Shown here in pieces: positions 16,512 through 25,068 of a stretch of DNA of 32,000 nucleotides. This DNA is from an uncultured Actinomycetes bacterium (lineage in GTDB: Bacteria > Actinomycetota > Acidimicrobiia > IMCC26256 > PALSA-610), in NCBI GenBank assembly GCA_963837155.1, contig CAWIMB010000002.1, positions 3,177,526 to 3,209,525 on the forward strand. The letters run 5' to 3'. The position numbers were made by a program, and so were the translations under genes. The notes below the pieces were generated by a model, which had not been told where the DNA came from, did no database searches, and was given only the letters and a program-made list of their open reading frames with translations. Positions within the stretch are counted from its first letter, which is position 1. Each line of letters starts with the position of its first letter.

Positions 16512-16679
16512 TCAGGCGAAATGCAGAGCGTTGGGCGGCTCGGTGTTTTCGGTGCGAACAACGACGAACTGGGCAACGAGGCCGTCGTAGCGGCGGCCCG
16601 CGTACGGAGCGGAGTCGGCGCGGCGATAGTTGATGAAGATGCGCAGCCGTCGTTCCGTGCCGCCCGACCCGTCGTTCAC
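16512..16679 (-). other. 55-codon mini-ORF with a TIR N-terminal signature, in frame with and 5 codons upstream of the caspase-TIR ORF (remnant or interrupted N-terminal extension)
   Basis: GTG 16679: VNDGSGGTERRLRIFINYRRADSAPYAGRRYDGLVAQFVVVRTENTEPPNALHFA, then TGA (16514-16512), then CGA CGG AGT GGC GTA and the GTG at 16496. IFINYRRxDS...AGRxYDxL...F is the classic beta-A/alpha-A motif of bacterial TIR-like domains. No obvious ribosome-binding site of its own. Confidence 0.5.
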
Positions 16680-16716
16680 AGGCGAATTGCAGCCGGGCCG
16701 CGCCGATCGCGCAACA

Positions 16717-18111
16717 TCAGCTCGAGGGGGGCTTCTCCTCGGCGAGCTTGAGCAGCTCGGTCATGCCGGCTTCGACCCCGCCGCACAGCACCCCAATGTC
16801 GCTCGCGGTGTCGTAGTCGCCGGTGACGCCATAGTTGAGCATCCCGTTGTAGGAGAAGATTGCGACGCCGACGCGAACTTGGCTCGCGAGCGGCACGAAC
16901 GGGAACGCCTCGAGCATCGTGCGGCCGCACGCGTACAGCTGCATCTGGGGACCGGGCACATTCGTGGTGACGGTGTTGACATTGCGCTGCGGGATGCGCA
17001 TGGCAACGCGAGTGCCGAGTGCGAGCAGCATCGACGGCGCAAACCCCGAAAGGGAGGTCAACACTTCGCCGGCGACGGCCTGCTTCGACTCCTTGAGGCC
17101 ATCCATTTGCGCGCGGATGGCCGCCAGGCGCTCCGCGGGATCGGCGACGCCGACCGGCAGCTCGGCGATCATCGCCGACACGCGATTGTTGTACGTGCCG
17201 CGTTCGCCCGGCGTGCGTACCGAGACCGGTACCAATGTGCGTACGACGCGACCCTCGACGTTCTCGTCACGCGAGAGCAGCAGGTCGCGAAAACCGCGCG
17301 TGAGGACTGTCAGCACGATGTCATTCACCGTGCCGCCGAGCGCGCGCCGGACCGTCTTCACATCGGCGAGCGTCGTGCGCGCCCAGTCCCAGCGTCGGTG
17401 CGGGCCGATCGGTCCGTTGAGCGTCGACACTTCCGTCGGCCGCACGACACCCGTCCACGCGCGCAGGCCGCGCGCGGTGTCGCCAACCGATCGCATCATC
17501 TGACGGGGCGCGCGCGTCGATGCCCGGGCTGCTCGGAGTTGCTCGTACGGACTCGCGATGAGATCGACGATCGCGTCGCGCACGAGCCGCACGTTGCCCG
17601 GCTCGGCTTCCGGCTCCCACATGTCGGGAAGCGGGCGCGCCGGTTCGGGTTCCGGGTCGAGCACCACCGTGAGCAGATCGGTGCCGGACACGCCGTCGAC
17701 CATGCAGTGATGCACCTTCGACACGAGCGCCCAGTGCCCCTGGTCGAGGCCTTCGACCATCCACATCTCCCACAGCGGCTTGTGGCGGTCGAGATGCTGG
17801 GCCATCACCCGGCCGACGAGGTTCCGCAGCTCGCGGTCACCGCCGGGCGACGCCAGCGCGGTGTGCCGGAGGTGGTATCCGAGGTTGAAGTGCGGATCGT
17901 CGACCCACAATGGGCGGCCGAGCTGCAGCGGTACGAACCGCACCTTTTGGCGGTAGCGCGGGACGGCCGGCAACTTGCCCGAGACCATCGCCTCGAACTC
18001 TTCGTACAGGGGCGGTGGACCGGCGAAGACAGCCACGGAACCGATGTGCATCGGGCTCACGGCGTCCTCGACGTGCAGGAACGACGCGTCTAGTGGGCTC
18101 ATTCGGTCCAT
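16717..18111 (-). CDS. wax ester synthase/diacylglycerol acyltransferase (WS/DGAT) paralogue 1
   Basis: MDRMSPLDASFLHVED N-terminus and active-site HHCMVDG. ATG 18111 is preceded by AAGGGGG; the ORF track starts 5 codons earlier at a TTG. Confidence 0.88.
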   Translation of the reverse strand: MDRMSPLDASFLHVEDAVSPMHIGSVAVFAGPPPLYEEFEAMVSGKLPAVPRYRQKVRFVPLQLGRPLWVDDPHFNLGYHLRHTALASPGGDRELRNLVGRVMAQHLDRHKPLWEMWMVEGLDQGHWALVSKVHHCMVDGVSGTDLLTVVLDPEPEPARPLPDMWEPEAEPGNVRLVRDAIVDLIASPYEQLRAARASTRAPRQMMRSVGDTARGLRAWTGVVRPTEVSTLNGPIGPHRRWDWARTTLADVKTVRRALGGTVNDIVLTVLTRGFRDLLLSRDENVEGRVVRTLVPVSVRTPGERGTYNNRVSAMIAELPVGVADPAERLAAIRAQMDGLKESKQAVAGEVLTSLSGFAPSMLLALGTRVAMRIPQRNVNTVTTNVPGPQMQLYACGRTMLEAFPFVPLASQVRVGVAIFSYNGMLNYGVTGDYDTASDIGVLCGGVEAGMTELLKLAEEKPPSS

Positions 18112-18185
18112 TGCGACCCCCTTCAAGGCATCCGGCGAGCGTAGCGGCCACCTGGCATCACTGCTGACGGGAACCTACTGCTGGT

Positions 18186-18926
18186 TCAGAAGCTCAGCTG
18201 GGCGCCGCGCACGATGGCTTCGCGCAGACGCGGGGCGTCCAGCCGTTGTTCGACCTCGCGGCCGCGCAACCGGAAACGCACGCGGTCGCCGTCGCGTCTC
18301 GCCTCGCGCAGTGACCAACCCGGAGCCATCGCCACCGGAAACGCGCGCTCGATGCGCAGCCAACGCGGCAGACCTATGGCGAACTTGCGCCAGCGAACAC
18401 CCCGCAGCTCGAGCCGGACGGTGTCGTCGCGCACGAACGGCTCGACGACGAACGTCGCTTCACTGCCACCGCGGCGCGCAATGATCTGGTGGTCCGAGAC
18501 TTCGAGCAACCACTCCCCGATCCGATCGTCGATCCACGCGATCACCGGTTCCAGTGGCGCGCACCCCTCGACCGCGATGCCCGTCGCGACGAACGTCGGT
18601 TGCACACCCGGCTCGAGGCGCACCGAGGCCACTATTCCGAGTGTGTCGAACAAGACGCCAGCCGCGTCTACATCACTCAGATCGATGCGCAGCTCGCGGC
18701 GGTCGCGGCGACGAAGCAGCCTCATCGAATCGAGCGTCGCGACGACCTGCTGCCCACGAATCGTCAGGTCGACGCGCTCGCCGCCGAAGCGCGCGACAAC
18801 GCCGTCGATCATTTGCGCGAGGAGCTCTTCCGCCTGGGCGGGAAAGCGCTGCGCGGCCGCGACCGCCGGCTCTACCCACCACGTCGTGAGATCCACCCAG
18901 GCGTCGAGCCAAGAGCGTGGCGTCAC
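18186..18926 (-). CDS. hypothetical protein, possibly DUF2993/LmeA-like
   Basis: 246 aa with good coding composition. Its GTG start overlaps the methyltransferase stop (GTGA). Repeated beta-like segments (RVDLTIRGQQVVATLDSMRL..., RIDLSDVDAAGVLFDTLGIVASVRLEPG) are reminiscent of DUF2993. The assignment is weak. Confidence 0.35.
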   Translation of the reverse strand: MTPRSWLDAWVDLTTWWVEPAVAAAQRFPAQAEELLAQMIDGVVARFGGERVDLTIRGQQVVATLDSMRLLRRRDRRELRIDLSDVDAAGVLFDTLGIVASVRLEPGVQPTFVATGIAVEGCAPLEPVIAWIDDRIGEWLLEVSDHQIIARRGGSEATFVVEPFVRDDTVRLELRGVRWRKFAIGLPRWLRIERAFPVAMAPGWSLREARRDGDRVRFRLRGREVEQRLDAPRLREAIVRGAQLSF

Positions 18927-19534
18927 GCCTGGACGTTACGGGACAACCGGCACAGTATGTGGAGGTTGCGGTCGAAGAGCCAACGAGCCGGGACCGGGTA
19001 GAGCCTCAGGTCCGTGCGCCACACCTGGATGCGGAGTCCCAGCGTCTCGAAGCACCGACGCCATTGGGCTTCCGGCCAGTAGTTGTACGGCAGCGCGACG
19101 CCGTGGTGCGCGTTGCCCACGTAGTCCATGAGCCGCAAGGTTCGTGTCGCGGCCACACCGGAGGCGAGGTGGTCCTTGAGCACGATGCCGCGGCGAGCCA
19201 CTCGAGCCGCTTCGGCGAGGAGCACCGCCGGGTCCTCGGTGTGGTGCAACACGTCGACGAACATCACGTCGTCGAAGCTGTCGTCGGGATACGGGATCGT
19301 CGTGCCGTCGAAGTGCGATACCGGGATGAGCGTGTGGGGCCGGACGAGAACGTCGATGCCCGTGACCTCGAGGTCGGGTCGCTGTCCCATCAACGTGCGG
19401 GCGACGCCGCCGTCGCCACAGCCGACGTCGAGCACACTGCTCCGGGCAGGGATGATCGACGAGAGACGCTCGGCGAGCAGTTGGATCCGGCGTCCCTGCA
19501 CGGCGCGCTGATGTGCGCGGCCGATGAGTCTCAT
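18923..19534 (-). CDS. class I SAM-dependent methyltransferase
   Basis: 203 aa with motif I VLDVGCGDGGVA and post-I/II elements (DDSFDDVMFVDVLHH). Its ATG overlaps the stop of the upstream GT gene (ATGA). Confidence 0.8.
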   Translation of the reverse strand: MRLIGRAHQRAVQGRRIQLLAERLSSIIPARSSVLDVGCGDGGVARTLMGQRPDLEVTGIDVLVRPHTLIPVSHFDGTTIPYPDDSFDDVMFVDVLHHTEDPAVLLAEAARVARRGIVLKDHLASGVAATRTLRLMDYVGNAHHGVALPYNYWPEAQWRRCFETLGLRIQVWRTDLRLYPVPARWLFDRNLHILCRLSRNVQA

Positions 19535-20850
19535 GCCGTGGTCACCAATTCGTCGACAGGTGCGAGCGGCTCCTCGGCCGCCGCCGTCTTCTCCCGACGG
19601 GCGCGCGCGATTCCAGCGTCGATCGCGACCGCGCCGAGAAGCACGAACGACACCTCCGCCGATGCCCGGTATCTGGTCTGGCCGAACGTCAGCGCGACGG
19701 TGATCGCGACCATCACGACGAGCGACACCAGCGGCAGGATTGGCACGCCTCGTTCCCGCAAGATGACCGCGCCGATCACCGAGGCGGGAACGAGGGCGTA
19801 GAACAGGAACAATCCGACGGTTCCGGCCGGGACATCGCGCGTCGTCTCGAAATCGTCGTAGTGCAGTTGCTGATCGGGCCGAAAGAATCCGAACGTCCGG
19901 CCCTCACCGCGACGATCACCCAGGGTAGCTGGCTCAGGTGAGCGCGCATGTAATCCAACGCGCTGGTCGCGGTACTCGACGTCGCGCACTGACGCGTCAC
20001 CAACAATCGGGGGACCGTCGGCACACTTGTACGACCAGAAGCCGAGGTTGAAGTCGCGGTACGTATCGGCACAGTTTCCGGCTTGCATCGTCCAGCCCAA
20101 GCTCGTGGACACAAACACTGGACGCTCGAACCGGCGCTCGTTGTGCGCGAACCAAGGCAGCAGCACCAGACCTATCGTGCCGGTTGCGACAAGGGCGAGC
20201 ACGCCCGCCCGGCGCCAATCGCGCTTGGTCGCGATCACCGCAAGCGGCGCGACGAGGAGCGGCACGAGCAGCAGCGCTTCGGCACGCGTGAACGCGAATG
20301 CCGCAACGGCCAGGCCGAGCACGCCCGCCGCGTGCCGGTCGGTGCCCGCCAGAACTGATAGGCGGCAAGGACCGTGAGCGCGGCCATGAGCAGCGTCAGC
20401 GTCTCCGACATCACAAGCCCGTCGTTGAGCCAGAAGTTGGGCGAGAACGCGGCCAAGGCGGCGGCGATCAGCCCGACCGCGCGGACCCGCGATCACGCGG
20501 CCCGCGGAGCCGACGGCCACCACCGCGCCGGTCCCGATGAGGCACGACCAGATCTGGTGCGCGAGCGTCGTGTCGAGGCCGACGAGCGAAGGCAACGCGA
20601 GGGCGACGATGTAGCCCGGTGGGTGATCGGCCGCCGGTCCCTTGGGCACGGCAAAGCCGAACTGTTCGAAGTTCGGAGAGACGAAGCCCTTCCCGTCGGC
20701 CAGCAAATTGGCGGCGTGGTGGTAGTACCAGCCGTCGCCGACCAGAACGAGGTCGTGCTTGAACGCGAGGACATAGACGAGGCGCACTGCCAGGCCGGCC
20801 CCTGCGATCGCGATGAGCGCGAAAAACCAGCTCCGACCACGCGCCACCAT
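19531..20850 (-). CDS. GT-C fold glycosyltransferase (family 39 / ArnT-PMT-like) with two internal off-frame segments
   Basis: N-terminus GDGWYYHHAANLLADGKGF...ADHPPGYIVALALP and multiple TM helices. Two stretches of the long ORF are Arg-rich nonsense, while a neighbouring frame reads family-typical sequence (see findings). Confidence 0.7.
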   Translation of the reverse strand: MVARGRSWFFALIAIAGAGLAVRLVYVLAFKHDLVLVGDGWYYHHAANLLADGKGFVSPNFEQFGFAVPKGPAADHPPGYIVALALPSLVGLDTTLAHQIWSCLIGTGAVVAVGSAGRVIAGPRGRADRRRLGRVLAQLLAQRRACDVGDADAAHGRAHGPCRLSVLAGTDRHAAGVLGLAVAAFAFTRAEALLLVPLLVAPLAVIATKRDWRRAGVLALVATGTIGLVLLPWFAHNERRFERPVFVSTSLGWTMQAGNCADTYRDFNLGFWSYKCADGPPIVGDASVRDVEYRDQRVGLHARSPEPATLGDRRGEGRTFGFFRPDQQLHYDDFETTRDVPAGTVGLFLFYALVPASVIGAVILRERGVPILPLVSLVVMVAITVALTFGQTRYRASAEVSFVLLGAVAIDAGIARARREKTAAAEEPLAPVDELVTTA

Positions 20851-20982
20851 GAAGCGAGACTACCCAGCGTGTCCGCCAAGGCACTTTGGGAGCGAGAAGC
20901 GCCGAACCCTTACGATTCCCGCCATGCAAGACGACAGCGCAGCGACCGGAGTGGAGCGAAGCGTGGAGTCGACCCGATAAGC

Positions 20983-22269
20983 ATGGCCGCCCCCTTCGCA
21001 CCCGCCGGATCGGTGTCGGTGGTCCTGCCGTGCCTCGACGAGGTCGGATCGGTCGGCGAGTGCGTCCGGGAAGCGCTCGACGCCCTCTCGGCCGCGGGCC
21101 TGGCCGGTGAAGTCGTGGTCGTCGACAACGGCTCGAAGGACGGTTCGGCGGCAGTCGCGGGCGCAGCCGGCGCCCGGGTGATTGCGGAGCCGCTCCCGGG
21201 ATACGGCAGTGCGCTCCGGGCGGGATTCGCGGCCGCCCGCAACGACGTCATCGTCATGGCCGACGCCGATCTCACCTATCCGCTCAGCAAGATCCCGGAG
21301 CTCGTGCAGCCGGTCCTCGCCGGGCGCTACGACCTCGTGCTCGGCGCCCGCCTCGGCGGCGCGACGCGCGAGACGATGCCGCTCCTGCACCGGTTCGTCG
21401 GGACGCCGGTGTTGTCGTACCTGATCTCTCGTTCCTGCGGTCAGCGCATCGTGCGCGACAGCCAGTCCGGGTTTCGTGCATTCCGTCGCAAAGAGATGCT
21501 CGCGCTCGGGTTGCGGTCGACCGGCATGGAGCTCGCGTCCGAGATGCTGATTCGCGCCGCACGCGCGGGCCTGCGCATCGGCGAGATCCAGACCGGCTAC
21601 CGCGAGCGAGTCGGGAGCTCGAAGCTCGCGACCTTCGCGGACGGTTGGCGCCACGTGCAGCTCATCTTCATGCTGGCGCCCGATCTCGTTCTGATTCGGC
21701 CCGGCGCCGCGCTCGCGGGCGTCGGTGCATTCATGAGCCTGCTCGGCTTGGCCGGGCCCACCGGTGTCGAGATCGGTTCGCTGATGTGGCAACCGGTTTT
21801 CTTCTCGAGCATCGCGCTCGTCCTCGGCACGCAGGCACTGCTCGCGGGCGCGGTGCTCGCGCACCGCTCGTCGGTGATCATCGGCGCACCTGATGCTCGC
21901 TACACGTTCGTGGGCCAACCGTCATTCCCGACGCAGTGCCTCACTGCCGGCACGTTGTCGATTCTCGCCGGGCTCGGCATCGACGCCGCATTGTTCGTCG
22001 CGTGGCTGCGCGGCGCGTCTTCGCCGCCTCCGGCGCGCGCCCAAGGGTTCGCAGCACTCGCGCAGAGCTTGCTGATCACGGGCGGCACACTCGCGAGCTT
22101 CGGGCTGACCGGTCGCTCGTTCCTGCGGCAACAACCGGACGGCGATGACACGAACGGCAATGGGGCAGGCGCGCCGACGCCGGTACTTGCGACGCGACCC
22201 CGAGGACGATTCAGCACCTGGCGCGAGCGTCTCGCGCCGCGCAATCCCGCGCCGCGGCCGCTCTCCTAG
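20983..22269 (+). CDS. GT2 glycosyltransferase, polyprenyl-phosphate sugar synthase-like, with C-terminal TM region
   Basis: ATG 20983: VSVVLPCLDE, VVVVDNGSKDGS, MADADLTYP (DxD) and SQSGFRAF, followed by 3-4 hydrophobic helices. The ORF-track start at 20374 overlaps the divergent gene and is not credible. Confidence 0.82.
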   Translation: MAAPFAPAGSVSVVLPCLDEVGSVGECVREALDALSAAGLAGEVVVVDNGSKDGSAAVAGAAGARVIAEPLPGYGSALRAGFAAARNDVIVMADADLTYPLSKIPELVQPVLAGRYDLVLGARLGGATRETMPLLHRFVGTPVLSYLISRSCGQRIVRDSQSGFRAFRRKEMLALGLRSTGMELASEMLIRAARAGLRIGEIQTGYRERVGSSKLATFADGWRHVQLIFMLAPDLVLIRPGAALAGVGAFMSLLGLAGPTGVEIGSLMWQPVFFSSIALVLGTQALLAGAVLAHRSSVIIGAPDARYTFVGQPSFPTQCLTAGTLSILAGLGIDAALFVAWLRGASSPPPARAQGFAALAQSLLITGGTLASFGLTGRSFLRQQPDGDDTNGNGAGAPTPVLATRPRGRFSTWRERLAPRNPAPRPLS

Positions 22270-22275
22270 TGGGCA

Positions 22276-22704
22276 CTAGCTTTCGGCGGTCACGCGGCGC
22301 GCCTCGCGCAGCTCGCCGGCGAGGGCGATCAGCAGTTGCTCCGCGAGATCGGAGAACTCGCGGAGCAGCGTGCGGAACATGCGGATACCGATCACCGCGA
22401 CCTTGACGTCGGTTGTCGCGACGACGGTCGCACTCCGTGGCTCACCATCGAGAATCGCGAGCTCGCCGAAGTACGCACCGGGCCCGACTCGGTTGAGCTC
22501 TTCACCGTCTCGGTGAACGACGGCGTCGCCCTCGAGGATCACGAACAGGGCATCGCCCGGTTCGCCCTCCTTCACCAGATCGACACCCGCGGGCAGCTCG
22601 GCGATCTGGGCGTGGCGCACAATCGCGCGGCGCTGCCGTGTCGTACATCGCGAGAAGAGCTTGACGTCCTCCAGCAACTCCGTCAGCTCTCGCTTCGCTC
22701 CCAT
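22276..22704 (-). CDS. stand-alone cyclic-nucleotide-binding domain protein
   Basis: 142 aa. cNMP-binding cassette GEPGDALFVILEGDAVV ... GAYFGELAILDGEPRSATVVA. No HTH or other output domain. Confidence 0.85.
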   Translation of the reverse strand: MGAKRELTELLEDVKLFSRCTTRQRRAIVRHAQIAELPAGVDLVKEGEPGDALFVILEGDAVVHRDGEELNRVGPGAYFGELAILDGEPRSATVVATTDVKVAVIGIRMFRTLLREFSDLAEQLLIALAGELREARRVTAES

Positions 22705-22808
22705 GCTGGCCTCCCGCGTGCGGTGCTACCGCCTCGGCGTTTACGATCCGCCGCGCAACACTCTTCCATGACCGGCGCGGGCGAGTCGACACAACAAACG
22801 GGGGAAAC

Positions 22809-25058
22809 GTGCGGCGTCTGGCGATCTTCGTAGTCCGGCGCCGCTGGTGGGTGATCGGCGTGGCGCTGATCGCGCTCCCGATCGCTGCGGTGTACGGCGC
22901 CAATGTGCACGACGAGTTGGCGGCCGGAGGATTCTTCGACCCCGGCGCAGAGTCGACGCTCGCCAAACAAGCGATCGTCCGAGAGTTCCCGCTCTCGGCT
23001 CAATCGGACTTCGCGATCGTCGTCACCGCCAAGAGCGGCAAGGTGGACGATCCCGCGGTGGAGGCCGCCGGGAAGGACCTCACCGCGAAGCTCGGTCGCG
23101 AACCGGGCGTGCTCACGTCATCGTCGTATTGGACCCTTTCCAAGGTGCCGCAGCTGCGCAGCCGAGACTCGAGTCAGGCGCTGATCTTCGCGACGTTGCG
23201 CGGTTCCGACGACCAGAAGCTCGAAACGTCGGGCAAGTTGTCTCCTCTCTACAACATCGAAAACGCCGCCATTTCCACGGACGTGACCGGCGAGGCCGAA
23301 GTCACTCGCCAAATCTCCGACCAGGCCGAGAAGGACCTCGCGCGCGCCGACTTGCTGACCGCGCCGTTGACGTTCGTTGCGCTCGTCGTCGTGTTCGGCA
23401 GCTTGGTCGCCGCGGGGCTGCCACTCGGGGTCGGGATCCTCGCGGTCCTCGGGACGTTCGTCGTGCTCAAGGCGCTCGCGCAAATCACCGACGTCTCCGT
23501 GTTCTCGCTGAACCTCACGACCGGCATGGGGCTCGGCCTCGCGATCGACTACAGCCTCTTCGTCGTGTCTCGCTATCGAGAGGAGCTCGGACATGGCGTC
23601 TCCCCTCCCGTCGCGGTCGGGAGATCCATGCAAACCGCGGGTCGCACGGTCGCGTTCAGTGCCGGCACCGTCGCGATATCCCTCGCGGTACTCGCGATCT
23701 TTCCCATGCCGTACCTTCGCTCGTTCTCGTACGCGGGCGTCGCCGTCGTTGCCCTCGCCGCGATCGCGTCGATCGTCGTGTTGCCGGCGGTGCTCGCAGT
23801 GCTCGGACCGCGCATCGAAAAGGGCCGCTTGTTCAAGGTCAAGGAGACAACCGACGGCGGCTTCTGGCGCCATCAAGCCGACCGCGTCATGCGCCACCCG
23901 GTGCCGTACGCCGTTTCGGTCAGTCTCATCCTGATCCTGCTCGCGATCCCGTTCTTCCACGTGAGCGTGGGACTTCCCGACGACCGCGTCGGGCCCAAGG
24001 ACATGAGCAGCCGCACCGCGACCGACGCCGTGCGGCACAACTTCGCGAGCCGGGAGGCGGACGCGCTGCAGGTACAGATCCCGGACGTCGACGTCGCGAA
24101 GGACAAGGCCGCGATCGACGCGTTCGCCAAGAAGATCGAAGAGATTCCAGGCGTCGTGCGCATCGACGCTGTGACCGGCTTCTACGGTGACGTCCTGGGC
24201 GACGGCAAGCAGACTTTCATCCCACCCGAGCTCGGGCCCAAGGAGATCACCGCGCGATTCGTCGCCCAACCGGGCCAGCGCGGCACGTACTTGTCGGTCG
24301 TCCCGAACGTCGAGCCGTTCTCACCGGAAGGTGAGAAGCTGGTGAAGAATGTCCGCGCCGTCCCCGCGCCGTTCGAGTTCAAGGTCGCGGGCCTGTCGGC
24401 GCAGCTCGTCGACACGAAGGAGGCGGTGCTCTCTCGGCTCCCAATCGCGATCGGCTTCATCGCACTCGCGACCTTCGTGTTGTTGTTCATGATGACCGGG
24501 AGCATTCTCGTACCGATCAAGGCGCTCGCGCTGAACATCCTCAGCCTGACCGCGACGTTCGGCGCGATGGTCTGGATCTTCCAGGACGGCCACTTCTCCA
24601 ATCTGCTCCATTTCACGGAGACCGGCACGATCGACGTGTTCACCCCAATCCTGATGTTCTGCATCGCGTTCGGGCTCTCAATGGACTACGAGGTCTTCCT
24701 GCTGTCCCGCATCAAGGAGGAATACGACCTCGAACACGACAATGAACGTGCGGTCGCGATCGGTCTCGCGAAGACCGGACGCATCGTGACGGCCGCCGCG
24801 TTGCTGCTGACGATCGTGTTCATCGGGATCGCCACGTCGCAGGTTGCGCTCCTCAAGGCGTTCGGTATCGGCCTGTCGCTGGCCGTGCTCGTCGACGCGT
24901 TCCTCATCCGCGCGACACTTGTCCCTGCGTTCATGCGGCTCGCCGGCCGCCTCAACTGGTGGTCACCGAGCTGGTTGCGCCGGTGGCACTTGCGGTTCGG
25001 GATCTGGGAGAACGAACCGATCGCGCTCCTCGACCGCCAATTCGAAACCAGCGTCTAA
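22809..25058 (+). CDS. MMPL-family (RND superfamily) membrane transporter
   Basis: 749 aa with two blocks of about 6 TM helices, each preceded by a soluble loop. Typical MMPL N-terminus RRLAIFVVRRRWWVIGVALIAL and GMGLGLAIDYSLFVVSRYREE / AFGLSMDYEVFLLSRIKEE. Confidence 0.9.
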   Translation: MRRLAIFVVRRRWWVIGVALIALPIAAVYGANVHDELAAGGFFDPGAESTLAKQAIVREFPLSAQSDFAIVVTAKSGKVDDPAVEAAGKDLTAKLGREPGVLTSSSYWTLSKVPQLRSRDSSQALIFATLRGSDDQKLETSGKLSPLYNIENAAISTDVTGEAEVTRQISDQAEKDLARADLLTAPLTFVALVVVFGSLVAAGLPLGVGILAVLGTFVVLKALAQITDVSVFSLNLTTGMGLGLAIDYSLFVVSRYREELGHGVSPPVAVGRSMQTAGRTVAFSAGTVAISLAVLAIFPMPYLRSFSYAGVAVVALAAIASIVVLPAVLAVLGPRIEKGRLFKVKETTDGGFWRHQADRVMRHPVPYAVSVSLILILLAIPFFHVSVGLPDDRVGPKDMSSRTATDAVRHNFASREADALQVQIPDVDVAKDKAAIDAFAKKIEEIPGVVRIDAVTGFYGDVLGDGKQTFIPPELGPKEITARFVAQPGQRGTYLSVVPNVEPFSPEGEKLVKNVRAVPAPFEFKVAGLSAQLVDTKEAVLSRLPIAIGFIALATFVLLFMMTGSILVPIKALALNILSLTATFGAMVWIFQDGHFSNLLHFTETGTIDVFTPILMFCIAFGLSMDYEVFLLSRIKEEYDLEHDNERAVAIGLAKTGRIVTAAALLLTIVFIGIATSQVALLKAFGIGLSLAVLVDAFLIRATLVPAFMRLAGRLNWWSPSWLRRWHLRFGIWENEPIALLDRQFETSV

Positions 25059-25068
25059 GCCGGAGGCG

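Noticed and set aside
16512-16514. In-frame TGA as selenocysteine or genetic-code reassignment
   Set aside because: Many well-supported genes in the window (amt, WS/DGAT 1, the hydratase, the methyltransferase, GT39) terminate at TGA, so TGA is a stop here. No redox-motif context is present, and I see no SECIS-like hairpin immediately downstream.
16630-18093. 487-aa plus-strand ORF opposite WS/DGAT 1, and the analogous shadows 24844-26553 and 28825-29880 opposite WS/DGAT 2 and 3
   Set aside because: The sequence is Arg/His/Asp-rich and motif-free. The opposite strand encodes proteins with clear HHxxxDG acyltransferase signatures.
20374-20982. 203-codon N-terminal extension of the GT2 ORF
   Set aside because: It is antisense to the GT39 gene and compositionally non-coding. 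The GT2 fold begins immediately after the ATG at 20983 (VSVVLPCLDE).
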